NCBI GenBank assembly: GCA_050633305.1
Contig: JBOEGF010000009.1
Span: forward strand, 164,571 to 228,570
Length of the DNA: 64,000 nucleotides
Direction: 5' to 3'
Source: Nannocystales bacterium
GTDB taxonomy: Bacteria > Myxococcota_A > Polyangia > Nannocystales > Nannocystaceae
A program made the translations under genes and the position numbers. Of the stretch, positions 33,109-42,760 are shown piece by piece. The notes under the pieces were generated by a model. That model was not told where the DNA came from, ran no database searches, and saw only the letters and a list, made by a program, of their open reading frames with translations. Every line of letters starts with the position of its first letter. The first letter of the stretch is position 1.

Positions 33109-34248
33109 CTACTGGGTCACGCCGAGCCGACTGACACCGGGGACGTCGGTGGTGCGCTCGAGCACCTTCTGTTCGGTGGCGGCCCGGAACATGGAGTTGC
33201 GGCTGCGGATCTTGCCTCCGCTGAGGAACCCTTTGTAGCTCGCGAGTGGCTGCACCTGGTAGTTCCACAGTGAGTCAGCGTGCTCCCACTCCTTGTTGTA
33301 GATGGTGCGGAGCACCAGACTCTGCGAATCCCCGGGCAGACCTGCGATGTTGGCGAGGTACTGCTTGTTGTACTTGTAGTACTCCTCGGCATTCGAGAGG
33401 TACAGCACGCGGACGGGAACGCCGAGCTTGGTGGCTGCGATACCGACGCTCGTCATGGTGTCCGCGCCGGTCAGGTCGCCATCCATGACACGGACCCGGT
33501 CGTTCTGGAAGAGCGTGCGAATGTGGGTGTAGTAATCCGGGTTGGACAACCAGCTCGTCCGTGCATCGCCCTGGTGGCGATCGATCACGTGCTTGAGGTG
33601 CCGGAAGATGGTCTCCCGGGAGGCCCGATAGGTTTGCAGCCGTAGCCTCCGAGTCTTCTTGTCGACGTCCGCATAGGCCTCCTCGAGAAGGGCGAGGCTG
33701 GCGTCCTGCTCGGTGGCGTTGAAGCGTTGGTGGAGTTCATCGGGCGATTCGGATGCCTCGATCAGGACCTCGTAGTTGTTGTGGACGTCGACCACCATGT
33801 GGTCGATGTCGAGAAGAAACATCAGCTCGGCACCCTGGGCTGCAGCGACCGTGTAGCACTGGTCGGGACCCACACCGACGAAGGCTCCGCCGAGGTCCTT
33901 CACGTAGGGAAACCACGTGTCGTGGCGTCGCTCGTTGCTCTTGACGTAGTGGTTGGGAAGGGGCTCCCCGCCGTCGGTGGGTCCTGCGAGGAAGGTGACC
34001 TGATCCTCTGCGGACAGCGGCGCGAGCGGGTCTGTGGGAGCTGGGGGCGGTGCCGGCTCCACCGCGTCGGCGGCCGGCGGAGCCTCTGCGACGGTGGCAG
34101 CCTCGGGAGCGACCGGTTGCTGCGCCTCCGCGGGCTTCTTCGCGCCTTCGGCTGGCGGAAGCGTCTCGTTGGTGTCTCGGTTGGTGTTGGGGCCGCATCC
34201 CAACGCAAGAGCCATACAGACAGAGGTCAGTGCGCCCAGACGGAGCAT
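33109..34248 (-). CDS. Conserved hypothetical lipoprotein
   Basis: ALALGC lipobox, Pro/Ala linker, SNERRH, GGAFVGVGPDQ, LYLSNAEEY. Confidence 0.8.
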   Translation of the reverse strand: MLRLGALTSVCMALALGCGPNTNRDTNETLPPAEGAKKPAEAQQPVAPEAATVAEAPPAADAVEPAPPPAPTDPLAPLSAEDQVTFLAGPTDGGEPLPNHYVKSNERRHDTWFPYVKDLGGAFVGVGPDQCYTVAAAQGAELMFLLDIDHMVVDVHNNYEVLIEASESPDELHQRFNATEQDASLALLEEAYADVDKKTRRLRLQTYRASRETIFRHLKHVIDRHQGDARTSWLSNPDYYTHIRTLFQNDRVRVMDGDLTGADTMTSVGIAATKLGVPVRVLYLSNAEEYYKYNKQYLANIAGLPGDSQSLVLRTIYNKEWEHADSLWNYQVQPLASYKGFLSGGKIRSRNSMFRAATEQKVLERTTDVPGVSRLGVTQ

Positions 34249-34293
34249 CCGCGGAGTCTAAGCAGATCGGAGCCCCTGCGTCGAACTACTGGC

Positions 34294-35190
34294 TCAACCG
34301 CGTTTCCCGGAGGAACCACGGGTGTTGCCCGTCTTGCGGAGGACCGTCGCGTGCAACGCGGCCACGCGCGAATCGCCCAAGGCTCCCGGTGCGTGAAGAA
34401 GCAGGTAGCGAACCCGCGGCAAGTCGGACACCGGAACCCCGACCATGCCACGCGGTACGCGACAGCACCCATTGACCACAGCGGGACCGAGTCCCAGGGA
34501 GGCGAAGTGCAGCATGGGCTCCCAGCCCGAGGCCTCGACGGCGACCGAGAGCTCGTGCCCGCTGGCGCTGAAACCGGTGGCCAGGGTTTGTCGGAGTCGG
34601 CTGCCCTGCGCAGGGACGACCAGTGCCTCGCCCGCGAGCGAGGCCAGGGAGATCTTCGTGCGAGTCGCCAACCTATGCGTCTTGGGGACCACCGCGACGT
34701 GCTGGAACTCAGCGAGCGGCTGTCCTTGCAGTTGGTCGGGAACCTCAGCGGCGACGGCGACCGCCAGCTGTGCGTCGCCGACCCGAACCGCTTCGATTGC
34801 GGGCTCCGCGGCGCGCGTGAGCAGTCGCAGTGGCGCGACCGCGGAGCGGACAAAACTCCGAATCGCGGGGCCCAGGAGGTACAGGAACGAACCTTCCCCA
34901 GCGGCGAGGATGAGGGGACTCGTCGGAGCGTGCCCGCGAACGGATGCGATGAAGTCTTGAGTGCGGCTCCGCATCTCGCGGGCAAAACGAAGCGCCTCGA
35001 TGCCGGCGTCGGTCAGCACAAGCCGGCGGCCACGACGTTCATACAAAGAAACCTCGAGCGCCTCCGCGAGTTTGCGGACCTGGGTGTGGAGCGCCGGTTG
35101 TGACATGTGGAGCCGAGCCGCGGCGCGGGTGAAGTTGAGGTCTTCCGCGAACTCGGCGAACCCCTCCAGCCAGTCGAGCTTGGGCGACAT
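34294..35190 (-). CDS. LysR family transcriptional regulator
   Basis: NFTRAAARLHMSQPALHTQVRKLAEALEVSLYERRGRRLVLTDAG HTH, followed by a substrate-binding domain. Confidence 0.95.
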   Translation of the reverse strand: MSPKLDWLEGFAEFAEDLNFTRAAARLHMSQPALHTQVRKLAEALEVSLYERRGRRLVLTDAGIEALRFAREMRSRTQDFIASVRGHAPTSPLILAAGEGSFLYLLGPAIRSFVRSAVAPLRLLTRAAEPAIEAVRVGDAQLAVAVAAEVPDQLQGQPLAEFQHVAVVPKTHRLATRTKISLASLAGEALVVPAQGSRLRQTLATGFSASGHELSVAVEASGWEPMLHFASLGLGPAVVNGCCRVPRGMVGVPVSDLPRVRYLLLHAPGALGDSRVAALHATVLRKTGNTRGSSGKRG

Positions 35191-35197
35191 GAAGTCA

Positions 35198-35218
35198 ACT
35201 ATCTCATTTATGGATAGT
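35198..35218. promoter_or_regulatory. LysR-type binding site (T-N11-A dyad)
   Basis: ACTATC-N9-GATAGT perfect dyad in the AT-rich gap between lysR and the divergent gene. Confidence 0.7.
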
Positions 35219-35270
35219 CGATGCCGAAACACTTCTTCCCGGAGATGTCTTGGCGGGTCACGTTGTGGCC

Positions 35271-35822
35271 ATGGATTGCAAACAACACGGGCTCGGGCCC
35301 GAACCCAAGGTCGGGTTCGACATCGGCCGGGTCATCATTCACGCAGGGGATGGAGCGCAGGACACATCCTTCCTGTCCGGCAACGACGACGACGCGATGC
35401 GAACACCGCCGATGAAAGGGGCGTTCGAGGTCATCGCGGAGGTCAACGCGCTGGTCGGCGGTCGGACGTGGATCATCTCCAAGTGCGGGCCCAACATCGC
35501 AAGGCGGAGTCTGCGGTGGCTCCGACACCATCGCTTCTATGAGCACACCGGAATGCGCGAGGACCGGGTCATCTTCTGCCGGAAACGGCCGGAGAAGGCA
35601 CCACACTGTCTGAGGCTCGGCCTGGACGTCTTCGTGGACGACAGGCCCGACATCCACCAGACGTTGGCGGGGATCGTGGGCGTCCGGGTCTTGTTTGGCC
35701 CACAAAAGCGGGGACGCCAGACGCCTCCGGGAGTCCTCGCGGCGCTCGATTGGGACGAGGTCAGGCAGCTCTTGATCCCGCTGCTGTGTCCCGGACACGA
35801 GGGCGCGTCCTCCCTCGGGTGA
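35271..35822 (+). CDS. HAD-superfamily-like protein (DxG variant)
   Basis: VGFDIGRVII (motif I), IISK (II), EK (III), VFVDDR (IV). Confidence 0.7.
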   Translation: MDCKQHGLGPEPKVGFDIGRVIIHAGDGAQDTSFLSGNDDDAMRTPPMKGAFEVIAEVNALVGGRTWIISKCGPNIARRSLRWLRHHRFYEHTGMREDRVIFCRKRPEKAPHCLRLGLDVFVDDRPDIHQTLAGIVGVRVLFGPQKRGRQTPPGVLAALDWDEVRQLLIPLLCPGHEGASSLG

Positions 35823-35899
35823 AGCGCCCGTGCTCCGCAGCCCTCCATGCCCCCATGCCGGTCCCGGTGGGCGTGCGGATCATTGATGACGACGCATCG

Positions 35900-36457
35900 T
35901 CACGAGCTTGTGTCGTCGAAACGGATGTAGGCCGGCGGAACGTGCTCGACGAGCCAGACGCCGTTGGGGGCCTGGTAGAAGACGAAACCGGCCTCAGCCA
36001 TCCGCTTCGCGTGAATCGTCAGAAGCACCGGTGCCCCGCGGCGTGCACCAACACTTGTCGCTGTCTCCGGGTCCGGGCTGAGGTGGACGTGATGACGCTG
36101 CCCGCGTCGTAGCCCTTGCGTCCGGACCTTCGATCGCGCGGCTGCAACCGTGCCGTGAAACAGCACCTCTGGCGGTGGTGCGGGGGGGTAGTCCAACTGG
36201 ACAGGGACCGAGTGTCCCTGCACGGCACGGATCATCAGGCCGTTGTGGCTCAGGGCGAACCGACGTTTCTCGTTGGTGGATACGAGCTCGCGGACGCGCG
36301 CACGGGTGAATGTCCTCCCGTCCGCCGCGGCCGCTGCGATCAGCTCGTCGATCGACACCCAGCCCTCCGCCGTCAGCGTCAGTCCAACAGCATGCGGCTC
36401 GTGACGCAGCATCCACGAGAGGTACTTGCTGGCCGCGACATCGTCCTGCGCACTCAT
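35900..36457 (-). CDS. kptA: RNA 2'-phosphotransferase (Tpt1/KptA)
   Basis: SKYLSWMLRH, KRRF, IRAVQGHS, LFHGT, RHHVHLS, NGVWL. Confidence 0.95.
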   Translation of the reverse strand: MSAQDDVAASKYLSWMLRHEPHAVGLTLTAEGWVSIDELIAAAAADGRTFTRARVRELVSTNEKRRFALSHNGLMIRAVQGHSVPVQLDYPPAPPPEVLFHGTVAAARSKVRTQGLRRGQRHHVHLSPDPETATSVGARRGAPVLLTIHAKRMAEAGFVFYQAPNGVWLVEHVPPAYIRFDDTSS

Positions 36458-36647
36458 GCTGGACCCGAGTGTAGCGGCGCGGGCCCATCGGGGCGGGCCC
36501 GCGGACGGGTCGTGCCCAACGGTGGGGTTGAGCGGACCCTCGGTCGTCCGCAGAACGACGAGGGGGGTCGGCGGGTTCGATGGAGAGCGGGCGGAGAGAG
36601 CAGACCCGGATTTCCGTGGCTCGGGAATGGGGAACGTTCGGCGGGGC

Positions 36648-38270
36648 ATGGGTACTACCGGCATCGTGCGTCGCGCCCGACTTCATTTCACCACGCTGCT
36701 CCTGCCAGGCCTTCTGGGGCTCGCCGCCTGCGACACGAGCCCCGCGGGTGCCCAACAGCCATCGTTGGAGGGCGAGGACGCTGAGACCGGCGGGACCACG
36801 GGGGCCGGGGACCGTGAGTCCGGCTCTGGAAGCACGGGTTTCGAGTCGAACTCGGACTCCGACTCGGAGGACGGCGGCGTGGCCTCGGCGGCAGCGGGGG
36901 ACTTCGAAGGCGACCCCGAGCCACAGGGTGCTCTGCTTGGCCCTACATCGAGGTACGTCGGCACATTTGGAGGGGAGTGGACCGGAACGCGGTACGAGTA
37001 TGCCAAGGGCCTCCGCGTCGGTGGGGCGTACCTGCACCCGATTCAGCGCTACGCGATCCCTTTCGTCGAGGCCAATGGAAGCGGTCGTCGAATCGAGTAT
37101 CGGCAGTTGGATGCGAATCCCGGCAGTTCGAGCTTTGGCAACACGGTGGGCTCGCTTCAGTACGTGACGACCGGGAGCTCGAGCATGAAAGGCATGGCCT
37201 CGACATCCGTGGTGCGAGGGACCCAGACCGACGGTGTGTTCGCCTTCTATGACGCGGGGCAGATCCGCGTGTTCGAGGTCAACGGTGCTACAGCGGCTCA
37301 TACGGCGCCTTCGGTGGTGCGGGACTCGCTGTTGTTCGGGGGTCCGTACCCGATCATTCCGGCCGTCGAAGCGGGTCGCTGGGGGTCGACCAGCCGGATC
37401 CTGATGGCGAACTCCAGCTACTTCCCGAACTTCCTCGGCGGCACGTCGTCGTTCACCATCAACTTTGGGCTGCTCAATCGGGCCTCGGACGGCTCGTACA
37501 GTCTCGAGCATACCGGGTCTACGCCGGTGCAGCCGGCGGGGTCGCCCTCAACATGTACTTCGCCTTTCAATGACATCGCCGCAGCCTGGGACACGGACCT
37601 CAAGGAATGGACGGTCACGTGGATGTGCGGGAGCTCGACCTACCTGCAGCGCGTTGGCTGGAATGGGGTCCCGCTCGGAGCTCCGTTCTTGCTTGCGACG
37701 CACCCATCGGACGAGTCGCATTCGGGCGTGATGATCAGCTACAACAAACACGTCAATCGCTTTCTCGTGCAGTTCCAGCACAACCTACGGGTCGTACGGC
37801 GCTACGGAAGCGGGTATCGATGCATGGACCGTTGGGGCAACGACACGAGTTGGTGGTCGTGTTCGGCCAACGACACCTCCGACCGTGTCCCAGCAGGACG
37901 TCTCGAGTCCGGCAGTCAGTGGGCGACGGAGGTCGACTACAACCCCGGCGCGTTCTTCCGCCTCGGGGGTCGGTGCATCGCCTCCTCGGGATGCGAGAGT
38001 TCCCAAGGTTCCGGTCACGGGGTCAGCTACGAAATGACCTGGCTCGACGAGTGGGGGCTGGTCAACGAGCCCCAGAACCCCCGCGGCTGGACGCGCGAGG
38101 AGGGCGTCACTTGGCCGTCCAGCAGTGCGGCGACCGAAACGCATCGGTACATTCGGGCGCCGCAGACCGGTCGTACTGCCGTCATTCATGTCCGGCAGCC
38201 AACCTCGGGAATGTACGGCACGGTGCGGGCGAGCTGGGTCGACGAGGGAAGTGTCGCGATCGACGAGTAG
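36648..38270 (+). CDS. Secreted lipoprotein of unknown function (beta-rich)
   Basis: LLGLAAC lipobox, G/S/D/E linker, then a Trp/Tyr/Gly/Ser-rich globular region. Confidence 0.75.
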   Translation: MGTTGIVRRARLHFTTLLLPGLLGLAACDTSPAGAQQPSLEGEDAETGGTTGAGDRESGSGSTGFESNSDSDSEDGGVASAAAGDFEGDPEPQGALLGPTSRYVGTFGGEWTGTRYEYAKGLRVGGAYLHPIQRYAIPFVEANGSGRRIEYRQLDANPGSSSFGNTVGSLQYVTTGSSSMKGMASTSVVRGTQTDGVFAFYDAGQIRVFEVNGATAAHTAPSVVRDSLLFGGPYPIIPAVEAGRWGSTSRILMANSSYFPNFLGGTSSFTINFGLLNRASDGSYSLEHTGSTPVQPAGSPSTCTSPFNDIAAAWDTDLKEWTVTWMCGSSTYLQRVGWNGVPLGAPFLLATHPSDESHSGVMISYNKHVNRFLVQFQHNLRVVRRYGSGYRCMDRWGNDTSWWSCSANDTSDRVPAGRLESGSQWATEVDYNPGAFFRLGGRCIASSGCESSQGSGHGVSYEMTWLDEWGLVNEPQNPRGWTREEGVTWPSSSAATETHRYIRAPQTGRTAVIHVRQPTSGMYGTVRASWVDEGSVAIDE

Positions 38271-38303
38271 CGGTTGCCTCGTGCCCGTCTCGTGAGGCGA
38301 CCG
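38271..38303 (+). terminator. Hairpin directly after the 38270 stop, possible terminator or mRNA-stabilising stem
   Basis: CGGTTGCCTC...GAGGCGACCG; no U-tract. Confidence 0.35.
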
Positions 38304-38410
38304 GTCGTGCCTTCCGGGTCCACTTCGCGCGACGACACGCCGCTTGATGCCGGCGTGCGCAGTGGCGCACGGAATGAGACTGCTCTGTCGCGGGTCCTCA
38401 GGGGACAGAC

Positions 38411-39346
38411 ATGAGCGCAGGAGGATTCGGGCCGGGTCAGGCCATCGCGAGGGTTGGCAACGCGCACATCGGGCTCGGCGCAGCTCGTCCGCACACACAT
38501 CGGTCGCCCGCGGGGCGCGCTGAGGTCCCCTGTGGGTGGCACTGCATGGACTGTGACTGGGTTGAACTCGCGGCGGCTCCACAGGGCTACCGTGGCACCC
38601 GCCAGCGTCCTGGTCCATGTCCTGGTTGTGGTGGCAGCGCTTGGGCCGACCTGGAGGAGAACGCTGTGGTCGACGGGTTGGCTGAGACCGACGACAAGCG
38701 GTGGGAGACCCGGACCTGGAGGCGTCGCGGGTTTCTGAAGCTCAGCGCGGTCCTTGTCGGCCTCGTCGGGGCGGTTTGCAGTGCGCTCGCACGCCCGGGC
38801 GACATCTCGTTCATCGTCTTTGGCCCGCTGTTGTTCGTCGTCGTCGCGGCGATCGTTCGTGGCGCGTTGTCGGACGTTCGCGGCGGTCGGCGGGCGCTGC
38901 GGCCGAGCCAATGGCGTGGCGCTGCCCTCAAGCCGGGGCGGACCGTATTGCGGCACCGAGGTGTGCCCACCGCCTCGGACGATGACGCGCTGCTGGTGGC
39001 ACCGCTGTCCGGGCGGGTCTGCGTTGCCTACGAACTCGCGGTGCGGCGCGACACCGATGTCGATGCAGCGCCATGGAGTTGGGCGCTCATCGAGCAAGCG
39101 GTCGCCGCCGTGCGGGTCGGCGATCACCACATCGACCCGGTTGCGACCCAACTCGTCGTGCGGCGGACTCCTTGTCCCGACGGTCTCGACAACCGTGGTG
39201 TTGGCGCGGCGTTGCGAATGCGGGGTGTGGACCTCTCGCGCGGGTCCTACGCTGTTTTCGAGTCGGTCATCGAACCCGGGGCTCCGGTCGACGTCGAGGT
39301 CGACGCACAGGGCCGGGCACGAATGAGTGCGCCTGTCGCTGGCTGA
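38411..39346 (+). CDS. Membrane protein with N-terminal Zn ribbon and GIDE-like C-terminal domain
   Basis: CMDC...CPGC, two TM helices, APLSGRVCVAYE, ESVIEPGAPV. Confidence 0.65.
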   Translation: MSAGGFGPGQAIARVGNAHIGLGAARPHTHRSPAGRAEVPCGWHCMDCDWVELAAAPQGYRGTRQRPGPCPGCGGSAWADLEENAVVDGLAETDDKRWETRTWRRRGFLKLSAVLVGLVGAVCSALARPGDISFIVFGPLLFVVVAAIVRGALSDVRGGRRALRPSQWRGAALKPGRTVLRHRGVPTASDDDALLVAPLSGRVCVAYELAVRRDTDVDAAPWSWALIEQAVAAVRVGDHHIDPVATQLVVRRTPCPDGLDNRGVGAALRMRGVDLSRGSYAVFESVIEPGAPVDVEVDAQGRARMSAPVAG

Positions 39347-39359
39347 GCATGCCCGCCGC

Positions 39360-40565
39360 TCAGTCGTAGATCACGGCCAACCGCGTACCACCGACGGAAA
39401 ACTCGGAGTCGCGCGGCAGCTGAATCGTGCCGTCGACCGGCTCGTCGTTGACCGCGATCAACTCCTTGCCTCCACCCAGGGGTCGCAAGTGCGGCAGGTT
39501 TGGATTTCCGCTCCACTCCAACACCGCGGCGACCGAGAGCACGTCGTCGTCGCGCAGCTTGATCTCGCACCGCTCGCCGCTGCCGATGCGGTAGCTGCCC
39601 GGAAGGAACAGCTGATCGTTGAGCGTGCCGTCGGGGTGCAGCATTCGAAGCTGCGCGGCGACGGGGATGTCCATTTCGCGATGCAGGACGAGTCCCAAGA
39701 TGTTGGCAAAGGCGCCGGCGTTGGGCGGGCGGTTCGCGGGGTCTTTGTCGAGCGCGCGACCGATGCCGTGGACCAACGCGTCGGACAACCCGTCGCATCC
39801 GGGCATCTCACTGAGCAGCGGTGGGTCGTTCCGCATGTGCGCGGCGAGCCACTGCTTGGGAGCGTGCCGAAGCTCCTCCACGGTTTCGGGGAGGGGTTTG
39901 TCCGGGAACAGCGGAGAGCGGCCACACAACAGCTCGTAGAGCATCGTGGCCAGGCTGTAGACGTCGCTGGCGGGGGTGAGCACCCGCGTCTTGAGTTGCT
40001 CGGGTTGGCTGTAATGCGGCGTGCCCACGATCATGTGGGCTTCGCTGGCGTTCACACCGATCACCGGGGTGCCGTCCCAGGAGCGCGCCAGGCCGAAGTC
40101 GAGCATCTTGATGTGTCCCTCAGCCTCGATGAAGAGGTTCTCGGGTTTCACGTCCCGGTGCACGATTCCCATCGCGTGGGCTTCGGCGAGCCCGAGGCAT
40201 GCCTGGTGAATGATGGTGACGGCTTGGGCGGGGTGCAGCGGAGCCGAGTGGTCGTGCCACTGGTCTAGCGTGCTGCCGACGAGCAAGTCCATCAGCAAGT
40301 AGATGTGGCCATCGGGCCGCAGGCCGCAGTCGAACGTGCGAACGACGTGCGGGTTGGTCAGAGAGCGGAGAATCGTAATCTCTCGCAAGGCACGCTGCGC
40401 CTCTTCGCCCGCGGTCACGGGTTCACGGGTCAGCTTGAGGGCAAGCGGCTGGGCATAGCCGGGCACCTCCACCTCGTAGACACGCGCGAAGGACCCAACG
40501 CCCAAGATGCCCTTGATGCGGATGCCTCCGGCGTAGACATCCCCGGGCTCGAGGTCGAGTGGCAT
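39360..40565 (-). CDS. Ser/Thr protein kinase (Hanks type) with degenerate C-terminal FHA-like domain
   Basis: LGVGSFARVY, ALK, HRDVKPEN, DFG, GTPHYSQPEQ, SDVYS; tail YRIGSGERCEIKLRDDDV. Confidence 0.92.
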   Translation of the reverse strand: MPLDLEPGDVYAGGIRIKGILGVGSFARVYEVEVPGYAQPLALKLTREPVTAGEEAQRALREITILRSLTNPHVVRTFDCGLRPDGHIYLLMDLLVGSTLDQWHDHSAPLHPAQAVTIIHQACLGLAEAHAMGIVHRDVKPENLFIEAEGHIKMLDFGLARSWDGTPVIGVNASEAHMIVGTPHYSQPEQLKTRVLTPASDVYSLATMLYELLCGRSPLFPDKPLPETVEELRHAPKQWLAAHMRNDPPLLSEMPGCDGLSDALVHGIGRALDKDPANRPPNAGAFANILGLVLHREMDIPVAAQLRMLHPDGTLNDQLFLPGSYRIGSGERCEIKLRDDDVLSVAAVLEWSGNPNLPHLRPLGGGKELIAVNDEPVDGTIQLPRDSEFSVGGTRLAVIYD

Positions 40566-40770
40566 GGACGAAACTCGGCTGCAAGGTAGCAGAGTCTGGG
40601 CGCTTGTGGCACCCGCTGCCTTGCAGGCCGGCCGGATCTGAAACCGCACCTGAGTGCCGCATTGATGCAGGGGACCCGGGAGAATCCGCACGGTGTCAGC
40701 TGTGCGCAGGGGCGTCGCCGATGGCGGGGTTGTTCCTATAGTGCGCCTCAGTTTCGACAGGAGCTTCCCC

Positions 40771-41883
40771 ATGCGTATCGGCGTCCCCCAGGAAATCAAA
40801 ACCCATGAGTACCGCGTCGGGATCAACCCGACCGGCGTGAAGCAACTCGTCTCGGCCGGTCACACGGTGATGGTGCAGACCGGCGCGGGCATCAGCTCGG
40901 GCTTCTCGGACGAGACGTTCATCGCAGCTGGCGCTCAGATCGGCAGCGACGCTGCGCAGGTCTGGAATGAGTCAGACATGGTCATCAAGGTGAAGGAACC
41001 TCTCCCCGCGGAGTTCGGCTACTTCCGTGAAGGGCTGATCCTCTACACGTACCTGCACTTGGCCGCGTTCCCCGAGCTGACCGCGGAACTGCTGAAGAAC
41101 AAGGTCACGGGCGTCGCCTACGAGACCATCACCGACAGCAACGGCGCCCTGCCTCTTCTGCGACCGATGAGCGAGATCGCTGGCCGGATGGCGTCCCAAG
41201 TCGGCGCTGCATCCCTCGAACGCTTCGGTGGCGGAAAGGGACTGCTGCTCGGCGGCATCCCTGGAACCCGGCGCGCCCAGGTCGTCATCCTCGGTGGCGG
41301 GATCGTGGGTACGGCTGCAGCACGCATCGCGATCGGCCTCGGCGCGCGCGTGACCGTCCTCGACATCAACGCGGACCGGATGCACTACCTGGAGGACGTG
41401 TTCGGCAACTCCATCGAGACGCTGTATTCCAACCCGGACACCCTGCACGAGTCGTGTCGCAAGGCCGACATGGTTGTGGGCGCCGTGCTTGTCCCCGGTG
41501 CCGCGGCACCCAAGCTCGTGACACGCGAGCACCTGCGAAGCATGGAAGATGGCTCCGTCGTCGTGGACGTCGCAGTGGACCAGGGCGGCTGCATCGAGAC
41601 GTGCAGAGCCACCACCCACGACGCGCCGACGTTCGTCGAAGAGGGCATCGTCCACTACTGCGTCGCGAACATGCCAGGCGCGGTGCCGCAGACCTCGACG
41701 ATCGCCTTGACCAACGCGACCATCCCGCACGCGATCTCGATCGCGAACAGTGGCGTGGCCGTGGCCGCCAAGGCCGACATCCACCTGGCGCGGGGCATCA
41801 ACACCCTGGCCGGCGCCACGGTCTGCAAGCCCGTCGCCGACGCGCATGGGTTGGAGTACACCGCGCTCGATAGCGCGCTCTAG
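40771..41883 (+). CDS. ald: Alanine dehydrogenase
   Basis: MRIGVPQEIK.HEYRV, KVKEP, YLHLA, PMSEIAGR, GGGIVG, VAVDQGGC, HYCVANMPGAV. Confidence 0.97.
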   Translation: MRIGVPQEIKTHEYRVGINPTGVKQLVSAGHTVMVQTGAGISSGFSDETFIAAGAQIGSDAAQVWNESDMVIKVKEPLPAEFGYFREGLILYTYLHLAAFPELTAELLKNKVTGVAYETITDSNGALPLLRPMSEIAGRMASQVGAASLERFGGGKGLLLGGIPGTRRAQVVILGGGIVGTAAARIAIGLGARVTVLDINADRMHYLEDVFGNSIETLYSNPDTLHESCRKADMVVGAVLVPGAAAPKLVTREHLRSMEDGSVVVDVAVDQGGCIETCRATTHDAPTFVEEGIVHYCVANMPGAVPQTSTIALTNATIPHAISIANSGVAVAAKADIHLARGINTLAGATVCKPVADAHGLEYTALDSAL

Positions 41884-41930
41884 AGCGCGCGGGTGCCGTG
41901 GTGCGCCGCTGAGGGGGTTGAGAGCGGTCC

Positions 41931-42464
41931 TCACTCGATCCAGCGCACCACGGCCTCTCCCCGAGCCTTGGCGGTTTGGAAGAAGTCTCGGAGTTCGACG
42001 ATCCGCGGCTCGAAGTACGTGAGCATGTCTTCGAGCGGGGTGGTGTCGTCGAAAGGGTAGGGCGGCGCTTGCAGCAGGGCTTTGCGAACCGAGGCCGTGC
42101 GTAGCGGTCCCGTTCGCTCGAGCGCCCGCGCGATCTTGGCGACGCTGCCGACCCCGAGAAACGACACATTGAACTGAGGATCGTGCTTCCCGGCCTCGAG
42201 CGCCCCCGCGGGGTCGGTCGCAAACCAGCCTCGCTTTGCGGCGCTCAGCATCCGGGCCGCTCCGTCCCAAGCCTGGTCGAGGTCGAGACGGGCCGAGCGG
42301 GCGCACTCGACGAGTTGCCCGGTCAGCTGGGCGTCCAGTCCTTCGTCTTCGGCGACGTCCATCACCGAGTCCTCGGCGCCGAGGGCCCGCGCGAGGCCGG
42401 GCGAACGCAGCAGCCGTTGGAACAGCTCGTCCGGTACGCGAAGGAAGGTCGCTGTCACGGCCAT
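41931..42464 (-). CDS. DUF1877/YfbM-like protein
   Basis: LDLDQAWDG and ELRDFFQTAKARGEAVV motifs. Confidence 0.7.
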   Translation of the reverse strand: MAVTATFLRVPDELFQRLLRSPGLARALGAEDSVMDVAEDEGLDAQLTGQLVECARSARLDLDQAWDGAARMLSAAKRGWFATDPAGALEAGKHDPQFNVSFLGVGSVAKIARALERTGPLRTASVRKALLQAPPYPFDDTTPLEDMLTYFEPRIVELRDFFQTAKARGEAVVRWIE

Positions 42465-42760
42465 CGGCGGTCTCTGTGGATTGCGCGCCGACACGCGGAA
42501 CCCAGGATGCAGTAACACGTCGCCCGTGGCGGTCGTCTCGGCGGGTATCGTCAGGCGTCGCCTGAGATGGACGCTGGGCCCGTCCTCGTCGGATCTCCCG
42601 GGACGCTCGGGCTGATCCTATGCTCAGCTCCGCCAAGGAGGCCTCGGGCGGAAACCGGACGAGGCTACGCCGGGTCTCATCCGCTCTGGTGCCCCGAATC
42701 GGGTTCCCGCGGGGTGTCTCTCCCGCTCCTCTTTCCCGCGTGCTACGCCCCTGTTGCCTC

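Noticed and set aside
40693..40826. Apparent head-to-head overlap of the kinase and ald ORFs in the ORF track
   Set aside because: An artefact of longest-ORF calling; the likely starts are 40565 (minus) and 40771 (plus), leaving a normal divergent gap.
42580..42665. Multibranch fold with CTGAT...GAAAC, suggestive of a hammerhead ribozyme or riboswitch upstream of the RND operon
   Set aside because: The core reads CTGATCC rather than CTGANGA and the stems do not fit the hammerhead topology; no riboswitch consensus recognised.
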